Positions 28,245 to 36,332 of a DNA stretch of 36,332 nt are shown in pieces; the stretch's first letter is position 1, and the number at the start of each line of letters is the position of its first letter. Position numbers and translations under genes: made by a program. The stretch is from a virus (lineage: Duplodnaviria; Heunggongvirae; Uroviricota; Caudoviricetes). Location of the stretch: IMG/VR virus record IMGVR_UViG_2721755676_000006; one strand, 5' to 3'. The notes below the pieces were generated by a model. That model had not been told where the DNA came from. It saw only the letters and a program-made list of their open reading frames with translations, and ran no database searches.

Positions 28245-28478
28245 TTAATGCAGCCAGCTGTCGTCTTCCCACACCTTCTGCATAATTTTCATCACTTGTT
28301 TTCTTTCTTCGTCCAGTTGCAGTCCGGTCAGTTCCACACCGTTAGAGCTACCTTTTCGGATACGAATTACCGTTTTGGGATACAGGGGGCGCAGATTGCG
28401 GTAAAGCTCGGATTCAAGGGCGTCCAGGGTAGACTGGCTAATCTTCTGCTCTTTATCGATCATTATTTCAATGCGCAT
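28245..28478 (-). CDS. dinI: DinI-family protein
   Basis: 77 aa from ATG at 28478 with GAGGTGA RBS (MRIEIMIDK...VWEDDSWLH); size and acidic C-terminus as in DinI. Confidence 0.65.
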   Translation of the reverse strand: MRIEIMIDKEQKISQSTLDALESELYRNLRPLYPKTVIRIRKGSSNGVELTGLQLDEERKQVMKIMQKVWEDDSWLH

Positions 28479-28488
28479 AAAAGTCACC

Positions 28489-28677
28489 TCAACTGATGAC
28501 ATCCATTGAGCGGTTGTATTCGTGAGTTCTGATTTTTGCCATGAGTTCATCAGTCAATTCAGAAACCCACTGCAGGGCCAGCCCCTTCTCTTCATCACTA
28601 CACTCACTAGCCGCTACAAGCTTAAGAAAAAAATCAATGCGCTGGAGCTTCAAAGACTCCAAAAAATAGTCCTGCAT
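28489..28677 (-). CDS. small hypothetical protein (possible Tum-like antirepressor N-terminal module)
   Basis: 62-aa ORF directly downstream of a LexA box and upstream of the DinI-like ORF, in a different frame. Confidence 0.4.
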   Translation of the reverse strand: MQDYFLESLKLQRIDFFLKLVAASECSDEEKGLALQWVSELTDELMAKIRTHEYNRSMDVIS

Positions 28678-28719
28678 CTTTCCTCCTATGACACCAAAGC
28701 AATACTGTATACATAACCA

Positions 28720-28735
28720 CTGTTTATATTTACAG
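28720..28735. promoter_or_regulatory. LexA operator (SOS box)
   Basis: CTGTTTATATTTACAG, a perfect CTGT-N8-ACAG box; a weaker half-site overlaps at 28705-28720. Confidence 0.7.
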
Positions 28736-28829
28736 TATATAATAATCTTACTGATGTAAAACGTTTTTTTACGCTCATCAGCCTGATATGCCTGGTATTA
28801 TTAAGAGCACGAATTGTTAACCCGCGTAA

Positions 28830-31250
28830 TTAATACAGGTTTCGCCACTTATCATCTTCCTGCAAACGCTGGTTCCGATAGAAGATACGCAGGCCTGCTC
28901 CTGACGGAATACTGCCTCCGCGAAGCAGTAAATCGACCTCTTTCTCGCTGCCATCAAATCCCCTGGACTTCAGTTCATACACGAGCTGCAGTCGCTGATG
29001 GTCTGTAATTCGCTGTTTGTAGTCTTTACGCCGTTTCGGTTTCACCAGGCGTAACCTTGCTGCCAGTTCCCGGCGCTCTTTTTTGCTCATACTGTGCAGG
29101 TAATCGTGCAACTCCTTGTCATCCATGCGGGTGATATCCGTTCTGGTATCTCCATCAGCTGATTTGTCTTTCCCTTGTTGGTACAAATTTTCAGCAAGGG
29201 GACAGTTATTGCCACGAGTCCGAGTCCAAGGGGCGCAAGCGCCCTGGTCGGCTGCCGCCTCCTGAACGTCAACGGCTTTACGAACCATTTTCCACTTCAC
29301 TGCATGAGTGCAGATCTTGCCCTCTGCAATGGGTGACCAGATGCCATAAATACGAATGCCGTGATCGCCATAGGCGGTCGGCTCTTCGTTGATTTCATAA
29401 GCGGTTCTGATGAGGTGATATTTACGGGGAACCAGTACGCCGCCCTGCTTCATGATGTAGGTGGCAAAACAACCAGCATCAGCAGCAGCCAGAATGGCAT
29501 CAAGACGCGGGTTATCCAGTACCGGCGCACCTGCTTTTTTGTCACCCTGTTGCCTTGCCGCCTGACCAGCCAGCAAGCGAAGTTCACGGTAAGCCTGACG
29601 CCCCGGAATACCAAAGAAGCGGAATTGCTGAACACGATGCAGAGACGCCCAGGCATTCACGTATTCAGCGTTATCACGCAGAGATTTACCCGTTTCCTTG
29701 CTGATCTCGCCAGCCAGACCACGACCGTCAATGTTCTTACTGATATATTTCGCGATGTAGCTTGTCGGCGTTCCTTTGCGCGGGTTAATCAACTCAGACT
29801 TAAAGCGCGGCCCAGTGTTATTGCCCAGCTCCTCGCGGTCTTCACGGATGGCAAACTTACGCAGTAATGCAGTGATGGCACGGCGGTCTTTTTTGCGCAT
29901 GAAACACAACAGGTGCCAGTGAACTGTGCCATCATGATGCGGCTCAGCCACCCGCACGCCATACCAGCGCAACCCGGCTTTGTGCATCGCCTTACGAAAT
30001 GCAGCAAACATGCCGACCAGATAATCGCTGCTTTGTCTTACCGTCGCGTTTGTCCAGGTCGGGTTTGGTCTGCCGTTATTTAGCGTGGAATGGAAACGCG
30101 ACGGACAGGTGATAGTGTAGAAAACGGCGCAGTCACCGCGCATTTCCGCGATAAGCTCCAGACCTTTAACACAGGCCATCATCTCATTGCGGCGATGCGC
30201 AGGGTTGCTGCTGCTGGCGTTTACCACATCCTCCATGTCCAGCGTGTCGCCGTCTTCGTTCACCAGTTCATGAGAACGGAAAAACTCCAGCGACTTACGG
30301 CGCTGCTCACGTTTATGCATCACGGCTTCATAGCTGACATAAGGAGATGCTTTTTTGCTGACCAGGCAAACAGCGCGCAACTGCTCTTCCCGCCATTCGC
30401 AACGCATCTTCCATAATTTCCGGTACCACCAGTCGGCGCACAACATACGCGCCAGCGAACCCGGAATGAGTTTATAGGGCACGGGTTTACGGCGGTTTCT
30501 TTTCCGACGGAGTTGCTCAAACGCAGGTGGGATGACATCCAGACGCAGGGTTTCCGCTGCCACCTTTTCCCATGTCTTGCGGATTTCTTCTGGCTTAACG
30601 TCATCGGTGGCATACAAATCACCACAAGCTGCATCAAGGCACATACTCATATGCGCAGCTACCAGGGTGGACAGGCGTTTCACCTGATCCTGACTCATTT
30701 CAGGCAGGATCAGCAGGCCGTCCAGCCCTTCATGGCTTGCCATAAAGCGAAAAGATGCAGATAGCTGACTGTCGCGTACATGCTCCAGTCGTTCCAGACA
30801 TGGCTTAATCGTCTCACGTAAATAGCGGGAATAAGCCTTTGGCCTGCCCAGGCTGCTGAAGTATTCAATACGTTGCATCAGCGGCTTGCTGATATGGGAA
30901 GGCTGGGCGTTGACGTCCGCCAGAATGACCATGTCTGAATTAAAACGCTGCTGCTCATGCGCCAGCTTTGCCCGGCTAATGAGCTTATCCTGCTCCATTT
31001 CGCGCTGGACAGGATCACGTGATTCATTAAAGAAATAACGCTCCCAGACCTGATCACTCAGTGCCTCGCGGCGCAACTGTTCCTGCTCGTTATCGGCAGC
31101 GTACAGAGTGATCAGGTTTGAAAGCGTAGAAACCGGCGCAACTTCCGCCGGGTCCAGATAAGGGTTAATGGCCTTTTTCGGGCTGTTCCATGAGAATGCT
31201 GCAGCAGCCTCGTTAAAGCCGCAGCAGTTGTTCATATCGGCATGACTCAT
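28830..31250 (-). CDS. A: replication initiation endonuclease A (rolling-circle initiator)
   Basis: 806-aa ORF with HUH-type motifs (..[13 protein letters not shown].. and ..[12 protein letters not shown]..). Confidence 0.9.
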   Translation of the reverse strand: MSHADMNNCCGFNEAAAAFSWNSPKKAINPYLDPAEVAPVSTLSNLITLYAADNEQEQLRREALSDQVWERYFFNESRDPVQREMEQDKLISRAKLAHEQQRFNSDMVILADVNAQPSHISKPLMQRIEYFSSLGRPKAYSRYLRETIKPCLERLEHVRDSQLSASFRFMASHEGLDGLLILPEMSQDQVKRLSTLVAAHMSMCLDAACGDLYATDDVKPEEIRKTWEKVAAETLRLDVIPPAFEQLRRKRNRRKPVPYKLIPGSLARMLCADWWYRKLWKMRCEWREEQLRAVCLVSKKASPYVSYEAVMHKREQRRKSLEFFRSHELVNEDGDTLDMEDVVNASSSNPAHRRNEMMACVKGLELIAEMRGDCAVFYTITCPSRFHSTLNNGRPNPTWTNATVRQSSDYLVGMFAAFRKAMHKAGLRWYGVRVAEPHHDGTVHWHLLCFMRKKDRRAITALLRKFAIREDREELGNNTGPRFKSELINPRKGTPTSYIAKYISKNIDGRGLAGEISKETGKSLRDNAEYVNAWASLHRVQQFRFFGIPGRQAYRELRLLAGQAARQQGDKKAGAPVLDNPRLDAILAAADAGCFATYIMKQGGVLVPRKYHLIRTAYEINEEPTAYGDHGIRIYGIWSPIAEGKICTHAVKWKMVRKAVDVQEAAADQGACAPWTRTRGNNCPLAENLYQQGKDKSADGDTRTDITRMDDKELHDYLHSMSKKERRELAARLRLVKPKRRKDYKQRITDHQRLQLVYELKSRGFDGSEKEVDLLLRGGSIPSGAGLRIFYRNQRLQEDDKWRNLY

Positions 31251-32104
31251 GCACGTACTCCGTACACGGCAGAACTATCCACGCCACGCGAATAATCAAA
31301 TCCCATCCAGCAGCGCGGCCCGGAAACAGCAATGATTTCTGTTGCTGATTTACCCTCGCCAGCTGCCACACCGATGCTGCGTTTTACCTTGATATAGTGG
31401 TGAGTAAAATTGCGATACAGCGAACGGATCAGGGATGTGTCACTGTTAGAAACAATGACTGGATGTCCTTCTGATGACCGATGTTCAAGAACGGATGCCA
31501 GGTGATACTGGTCATCTTCAGTGAAACCATCAGTGTGATAGCCGGAAAACGTACCGTCATACGGCGGATCGCAATACACCACATCTCCCGCCTTCAACAT
31601 CGCCAGCGTTTCATCAAAGCTGGCGCAGATAAACGTTGCTCGCTGGGCTTTTTCTGCAAATGTGCGAAGTTCTTTTTCAGGGAAATACGGATTTTTATAA
31701 TTACCGTAGGGGATGTTGAAATGCCCGCTCTTGTTATAGCGACATAAACCACGGTAACCGTGACGATTAAGATACAGGAAATATACCGCTTTCATGAAAT
31801 CAGTAATTTCAGTTGAGCAGTTAAACTCCTGCCTTATGTTGTAATAAGCCACCTCCCTGTTTGCGATCTCAAATAAAACTCTGGCGCGAGATATAAACGA
31901 TTCACAATCAGCGGCAACCTTTTTATAGAGGTTGATTAAATCAGGATTAATATCCGCAACCAGATAGCTGGGATAATCCGTTTCCATCATCACAGCACAG
32001 GAACCCGCGAAAGGTTCAACCAGTCGCGGGCCAGCAGGAAGGTATTTTTTCAGTTCTGGCATAATGGCGGTTTTATTTCCCGCCCATTTCAGGATGGTGT
32101 TCAT
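31247..32104 (-). CDS. dam: DNA adenine methyltransferase (Dam-like)
   Basis: ATG at 32104 with GGAGGTG RBS; N-terminal KWAGNK and catalytic DPPY motifs. Confidence 0.85.
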   Translation of the reverse strand: MNTILKWAGNKTAIMPELKKYLPAGPRLVEPFAGSCAVMMETDYPSYLVADINPDLINLYKKVAADCESFISRARVLFEIANREVAYYNIRQEFNCSTEITDFMKAVYFLYLNRHGYRGLCRYNKSGHFNIPYGNYKNPYFPEKELRTFAEKAQRATFICASFDETLAMLKAGDVVYCDPPYDGTFSGYHTDGFTEDDQYHLASVLEHRSSEGHPVIVSNSDTSLIRSLYRNFTHHYIKVKRSIGVAAGEGKSATEIIAVSGPRCWMGFDYSRGVDSSAVYGVRA

Positions 32105-32328
32105 ACAGCACCTCCGTTGTAATGTTTGCCTTTCAGTTCTGCGATTTCCTGACAGGTAATGCAAAGCTGCACTCCCGGAATGGCGCGGCATCGTGCTGGC
32201 GGAATTGGCGCTTCACATTCAATGCAAAGTACGCGTGACACGCCCGGTGATTTGGCACGGGCTGCACGGATATGGCGCTGGCGTTCTTCTTCAACGCGCT
32301 GCTGTACGAGATCCATTGCATCAGCCAT
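32101..32328 (-). CDS. TraR/DksA-family C4 zinc-finger protein
   Basis: 75-aa ORF with CIEC-N17-CITC; stop overlaps dam start. Confidence 0.7.
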   Translation of the reverse strand: MADAMDLVQQRVEEERQRHIRAARAKSPGVSRVLCIECEAPIPPARCRAIPGVQLCITCQEIAELKGKHYNGGAV

Positions 32329-32567
32329 TAGTGGATCTCCTGCGCTTCGTTCTGGATTGCTTCAGCAGTCACGCGCAGCAGTTCTGCCGCTTCCACGTGG
32401 TTTAGCTGGCGGGATGAGATATGACACGCCAGGCTATCAAGGCGAGCAGCCATTGCTTCAGCCCTTGCCCGGCGTTCTTCCAGACGAGCCTCTGTCAGTA
32501 AAATATTAAGCCCTGCGTCATCCGGTCCGGTTTTAGTCGTGAGGGTTTCAATATTACGCATAATCAA
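32328..32567 (-). CDS. hypothetical early protein
   Basis: 79-aa ORF co-directional with the early operon. Confidence 0.5.
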   Translation of the reverse strand: MIMRNIETLTTKTGPDDAGLNILLTEARLEERRARAEAMAARLDSLACHISSRQLNHVEAAELLRVTAEAIQNEAQEIH

Positions 32568-32628
32568 TTCTCCTGAATCTAGATAAAGGGATGCCCGGCG
32601 GGTTTACGCCATTAATTTCATTAGTTGG

Positions 32629-32970
32629 TTAATTCGGCATGGTTAGCCGTCTGGGAAATAAGCTCACCACTGCACGAAAATGATTCATTGCTTTAATCAG
32701 CTCCCGCTTTTCGTCAGTGGTCAGCTCATTAATGCTGATGCTATGACGTTCAGCTGGAATTTTTGCCATAAAGAATATGGCAGCCAGTGCCCGTTTATTT
32801 TGTTCATTATTGATATCCCGTGGATCACGCATATCTTTAATAAACCGCTCAAGCTCTGACTCAATATTCAGGCCAAAAACTTTCGCCCTTAACTCTGCAA
32901 TGTGATTAAGTCCATTCAGGCGTTCACCGGGGCTTAATGGAACAGTTGCTGCAGCGCCATTAATTGCCAT
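32629..32970 (-). CDS. hypothetical early protein
   Basis: 113-aa ORF in the early operon; function not recognisable. Confidence 0.5.
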   Translation of the reverse strand: MAINGAAATVPLSPGERLNGLNHIAELRAKVFGLNIESELERFIKDMRDPRDINNEQNKRALAAIFFMAKIPAERHSISINELTTDEKRELIKAMNHFRAVVSLFPRRLTMPN

Positions 32971-32992
32971 ACTTCATATCCCCCAAACGCAG

Positions 32993-33217
32993 CTATCGTT
33001 CTTTGTTCTTACGGTAACGCTCAAGAGGAGATACATTTTTTCGTATCGTCTCTTTAACCTGCTCTCCCCGTAAAAACGTCCCATCCTTTAACGTGAAAAA
33101 GTAACTGCCATCGCCCGACAATGACGGATAGCAACAGAGCAAATCATCTTCAGGTACTGAATAACTCTCCCCTCTGTAACGAAACTGATAAACCACTTCA
33201 CTTTCTGCCGCATACAT
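32993..33217 (-). CDS. hypothetical early protein
   Basis: 74-aa ORF; overlaps an alternative ORF 33088-33414 in another frame. Confidence 0.35.
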   Translation of the reverse strand: MYAAESEVVYQFRYRGESYSVPEDDLLCCYPSLSGDGSYFFTLKDGTFLRGEQVKETIRKNVSPLERYRKNKER

Positions 33218-33391
33218 TTGGACTTTCTCCGTTTCCTCGTGGTCAATTCAGACAGCAATTCATCTTGTGAATGACATGGATGCCAGCGTTTTCCATCCTC
33301 ACCCGTGATCCAGCCGTGACCGTAGTGCATTGCCGGGCTTTGTTTTACCAGCAGCGATGCAAATGATGGTTCTTTCGTCAGCATAAGCACC

Positions 33392-33901
33392 TCACAGCAA
33401 ACCGAATGAAGCACCGAGGCCAGTCACGGTATCAACTGCACTCGCCATCGCAGGATTAGCCTGTAAACGGGCCTGCAATGAAACAGCAGCCAGCGCCATC
33501 AGTCGTGTTACAGAGTTAATGCTGCTGATAGCATCACGACGACCGGCACTAGTTTTTACATCACCAGATACCGCACCTGCTGCAACACGCCCGATCTCTG
33601 CAGTTGCGCTCATGACGTAATGCGGCAGTTTCTCTTTTGCTACCTCATTAATCGGTACACATGGCAGACAATGAATCTGTGCCAGAAAACCATCTACCAA
33701 CGTTGAATCTTCAGTCAGATCGGTAAGCAGCCAGATTTCTGGTGCGGTTAATAAATGAGGTTGAGCTGGGTTCAGCTTGTTCCGCAGAATCTGCACATTC
33801 ATGCCCGCACGTTCTGCCAGTTGCACCAGATTGTGGCGCAGTGTGAATGCACGACAGGCTTCATCAAAATGTGGATGTTTGGAAACTTGGTAATCAAACA
33901 T
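33392..33901 (-). CDS. cII: CII-like lysogeny-establishment activator (186 type)
   Basis: 169 aa from ATG at 33901 with GGAG RBS; sequence and position downstream of apl recall 186 CII. Confidence 0.6.
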   Translation of the reverse strand: MFDYQVSKHPHFDEACRAFTLRHNLVQLAERAGMNVQILRNKLNPAQPHLLTAPEIWLLTDLTEDSTLVDGFLAQIHCLPCVPINEVAKEKLPHYVMSATAEIGRVAAGAVSGDVKTSAGRRDAISSINSVTRLMALAAVSLQARLQANPAMASAVDTVTGLGASFGLL

Positions 33902-33965
33902 GGTTTTCAACTCCGAACTTATCGCAAAATCGAACTCAGCGTCTTATTGCGAAAATAGACGTCTA

Positions 33966-34169
33966 TTAAGCAGACAAAGCATCAACAGTCAGAGCAGCCA
34001 TGTTAATCATTACCTTTTCACGTTTTTTGTCTTTACGAAGACGATGACGAGGTAGTCGGCCATCAGCCAACATGTCGTTAATCGTATCAATAGAAAGGCC
34101 AGTCAGTTCGCTATAACGTTCGATTGTGACATGTGGTGTATTCAGAGTAATTGAAATGTTAGGTGTCAT
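33966..34169 (-). CDS. apl: Apl/Cox-like excisionase and lytic-promoter regulator
   Basis: 67-aa basic ORF with HTH ([18 protein letters not shown]); first gene of the lytic operon, divergent from cI. Confidence 0.65.
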   Translation of the reverse strand: MTPNISITLNTPHVTIERYSELTGLSIDTINDMLADGRLPRHRLRKDKKREKVMINMAALTVDALSA

Positions 34170-34258
34170 AAGGCAACATTCCTTCTAGATATGGCTTGTG
34201 GCGAGCCGTTGTTTGTCGTGATTAGTAGTAAAGGCTCCAAAAGAACACTTCTGGTTCA

Positions 34259-34287
34259 ACTTTAAGATCGCTTTTGGAATCTGTCAA
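34259..34287 (-). promoter_or_regulatory. candidate lytic promoter (pR-like): -35 TTGACA, 17-bp spacer, -10 TAAAGT
   Basis: Minus-strand TTGACA at 34282-34287 and TAAAGT at 34259-34264, read directly in the cI-apl intergenic region. Confidence 0.35.
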
Positions 34288-34314
34288 CGAATTTTGGATT
34301 TCTTTGGAGGACTT

Positions 34315-34884
34315 GTGGATTTCAATAGCGGCGGTAAGAAAGCCATAGAACGTTTAGTTGAAGCATATGGGTTCGGTACCCGTCAGGCTCTATGTGATCA
34401 TTTAGGTGTTTCTAAGAGCACCATGGCAACGCGCTATATGCGTGATATTTTTCCAGCAGATTGGGTAATCCAGTGCGCCCTTGAAACGGGCACCTCGCTT
34501 AATTGGCTAACAACAGGGCATGGTTCAAAGCAAGCATCAGCAAATACAAATACTATAGAAGTAGAAAAATATTTATTGTCTGATGGAGCATTGCAGAAAG
34601 ACGGTTTTTATATTTTTGATAAGGGATTTCTACCCTCTACGTTTAAAAAACCTTTTGTCATCACAGATAACAATTCTGAATTTATTTGTGATAAAGAATT
34701 TGATGATATACGTGATGGTAAATGGGTAATAAGTATTGATGGCGAAATAACGATCCGTGACATTACTCGTTTACCCGGTGGAAGAATCTTCGTCGAGGGT
34801 GGAAACAGAGCCTTCGAATGCAAGATAGAAGACATTGAAATAATTGGTAAAATTATAAGTTTAACAGTCAAGTATGTTAAATAG
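34315..34884 (+). CDS. cI: CI-like immunity repressor (186 type)
   Basis: GTG at 34315 preceded by GGAGG (track start 34294 is TTG); N-terminal HTH (..RQALCDHLGVSKSTMATRYMR..) plus C-terminal domain; about 190 aa. Confidence 0.65.
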   Translation: MDFNSGGKKAIERLVEAYGFGTRQALCDHLGVSKSTMATRYMRDIFPADWVIQCALETGTSLNWLTTGHGSKQASANTNTIEVEKYLLSDGALQKDGFYIFDKGFLPSTFKKPFVITDNNSEFICDKEFDDIRDGKWVISIDGEITIRDITRLPGGRIFVEGGNRAFECKIEDIEIIGKIISLTVKYVK

Positions 34885-34899
34885 TACCGGGAGGAAACT

Positions 34900-35091
34900 A
34901 TGCTTGGTAAGGTATTTTTTGTGGTTTTGTCATGTTCTTTGTTATTAAACCCACTAACTACCTATGCTAGAAATTATCCCTGCTCAGGGAAAAAGGGAGG
35001 TGTTTCTCACTGTACCTCAGATGGCAAATTCGTTTGCAATGATGGAACTATTAGTAAATCCAAAAAAATCTGTACTAAAAACTCACGATAA
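34900..35091 (+). CDS. small secreted Cys-rich peptide (moron candidate)
   Basis: 63-aa ORF with strong GGGAGG RBS, N-terminal signal peptide (cleavage likely after TYA) and a Lys-rich mature peptide with 4 Cys. Confidence 0.5.
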   Translation: MLGKVFFVVLSCSLLLNPLTTYARNYPCSGKKGGVSHCTSDGKFVCNDGTISKSKKICTKNSR

Positions 35092-35279
35092 CTTTTGCTT
35101 TTATATCTGCGTCTAAAATAAAAATGAGCCGCAGGTTAACCGCAAAAGTTACATGCTCACATAGCAAAAAGAATAGCCAACTTAATTATGGCTTCAGTGA
35201 GATGTATGGTCGTAGGATTTCATACATTGACACTGGTTATACATACAGTGAAAATGCTCTCTACTGGAGGGCATTTTTT

Positions 35280-36332
35280 ATGGCAGTACGAAAACTCACC
35301 ACTGGGAAATGGCTTTGCGAATGTTACCCCGCCGGACGAAGTGGGCGTCGTGTGCGTAAACAATTCGTCACCAAAGGCGAAGCACTGGCTTTTGAGCGCC
35401 ACACGATGGAAGAAACCGAAGCAAAGCCCTGGCTGGGTGAATCAGTGGATCGTCGAACACTGAAAGACGTGGTTGAGCTATGGTTCAAACTACATGGTAA
35501 ATCTCTGACAGCTGGGCAGCATGTCTATGACAAATTGCTGTTGATGGTTGACGCTCTGGGAAATCCCATTGCAACCGATCTCACCTCTAAAATGTTTGCC
35601 CACTATCGAGATAAACGCCTGACAGGAGAGATCTACTTCAGCGAAAAATGGAAGAAAGGAGCAAGCCCGGTCACCGTTAACCTGGAGCAAAGCTATCTAA
35701 GTAGTGTTTTTAGCGAACTATCCCGCCTGGGCGAATGGTCGTATCCGAACCCACTGGAGAACATGCGAAAATTCACCATCGCAGAAAAAGAGATGGCATG
35801 GCTTACCCATGAACAGATTGTTGAATTGCTGGCTGATTGCAAACGTCAGGACCCAATTCTGGCACTGGTAGTCAAGATATGCTTAAGCACAGGCGCACGC
35901 TGGCGAGAAGCAATAAATCTTACCCGTTCACAGGTGACTAAATACCGAATTACCTTTGTCAGAACGAAGGGGAAGAAAAACAGAAGCATTCCCATCAGTA
36001 AAGAGCTTTACGAAGAGATTATGGCACTTGATGGGTTCAATTTCTTTACAGACTGCTATTTTCAATTTTTATCCGTGATGGAAAAAACGTCTATCGTGCT
36101 CCCTCGCGGTCAACTGACACACGTTCTGCGTCATACGTTTGCGGCGCATTTTATGATGTCGGGTGGAAACATCCTGGCCTTACAAAAAATTCTCGGGCAT
36201 CACGATATAAAAATGACGATGCGTTACGCACATCTGGCACCGGATCATCTGGAAACGGCGCTCCGTTTCAACCCTCTGGCAACGCTGCCAAGTGGCGACA
36301 AAGTGGCGGCAGCGGTTGGCATTACCCCGTAA
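35280..36332 (+). CDS. int: tyrosine integrase (P2/186 family)
   Basis: ATG at 35280 (MAVRKLTTGKWLCECYP..); C-terminal R...HxLRH...Y catalytic motifs; ORF track start 35124 trimmed. Confidence 0.9.
   Translation: MAVRKLTTGKWLCECYPAGRSGRRVRKQFVTKGEALAFERHTMEETEAKPWLGESVDRRTLKDVVELWFKLHGKSLTAGQHVYDKLLLMVDALGNPIATDLTSKMFAHYRDKRLTGEIYFSEKWKKGASPVTVNLEQSYLSSVFSELSRLGEWSYPNPLENMRKFTIAEKEMAWLTHEQIVELLADCKRQDPILALVVKICLSTGARWREAINLTRSQVTKYRITFVRTKGKKNRSIPISKELYEEIMALDGFNFFTDCYFQFLSVMEKTSIVLPRGQLTHVLRHTFAAHFMMSGGNILALQKILGHHDIKMTMRYAHLAPDHLETALRFNPLATLPSGDKVAAAVGITP

Larger units (their letters stand above)
2776..36332. mobile_element. P2/186-family prophage (structural module P2-like, immunity module 186-like); left boundary approximate, right end continues beyond window
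   Basis: Contiguous co-linear set of P2-type genes ogr-D-U-T-E-FII-FI-H-G-I-J-W-V-S-R-lys-K-X-L-M-N-O-P-Q-A-int; int is the last gene in the window. Confidence 0.85.

Noticed and set aside
33088-33414. 108-aa minus-strand ORF overlapping the 74-aa ORF and the cII 3' end
   Set aside because: Overlaps two other ORFs in different frames and I cannot decide which is real; only the upstream part may be a genuine small early gene
1-36332. CRISPR arrays, rRNA or tRNA genes
   Set aside because: No regularly spaced direct repeats and no rRNA-like or cloverleaf-like stretches seen by eye; the prophage does not appear to sit next to a tRNA within this window

Overview
The window opens with about 2.7 kb of Escherichia/Shigella-type chromosome (grxA, ybjM, ybjL). 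From roughly 2.8 kb to the last base it is a near-complete P2/186-family temperate prophage, ending exactly at the stop codon of its integrase, so the far attachment site lies outside the window. Structural and lysis genes are P2-like and largely on the minus strand (ogr, D, U, T, E/E', FII, FI, tail fibre H/G, baseplate I-J-W-V, S, R, spanins, SAR-type endolysin, holin, X, L, M, N, O; P and Q on plus). The early/immunity region looks 186-like (cI, apl, cII, a LexA-boxed Tum/DinI-like locus, dam, replication gene A). Assignments come from reading the ORF translations and local sequence by eye; no database search or computation was run. Observations of most interest: (1) a strongly AT-rich, translationally coupled three-gene operon of unrecognisable proteins between portal gene Q and a cos-like site (24685-26568), the best candidate for an undescribed accessory or defence module; (2) an adjacent AT-rich two-gene operon encoding a phosphoribosyltransferase-like protein and a DprA/SLOG-like Rossmann protein (27014-28155), a probable anti-phage module; (3) a Hin/Gin-family invertase with two 26-bp crossover sites bounding a ~1.6-kb invertible segment that swaps the tail-fibre C-terminus; (4) a T_TTT_TTG -1 frameshift site producing E+E'; (5) three TTGT-N12-ACAA dyads upstream of the FI, V and O operons; (6) a perfect LexA box upstream of a split Tum/DinI-like locus; (7) a small Cys-rich secreted peptide between cI and int.
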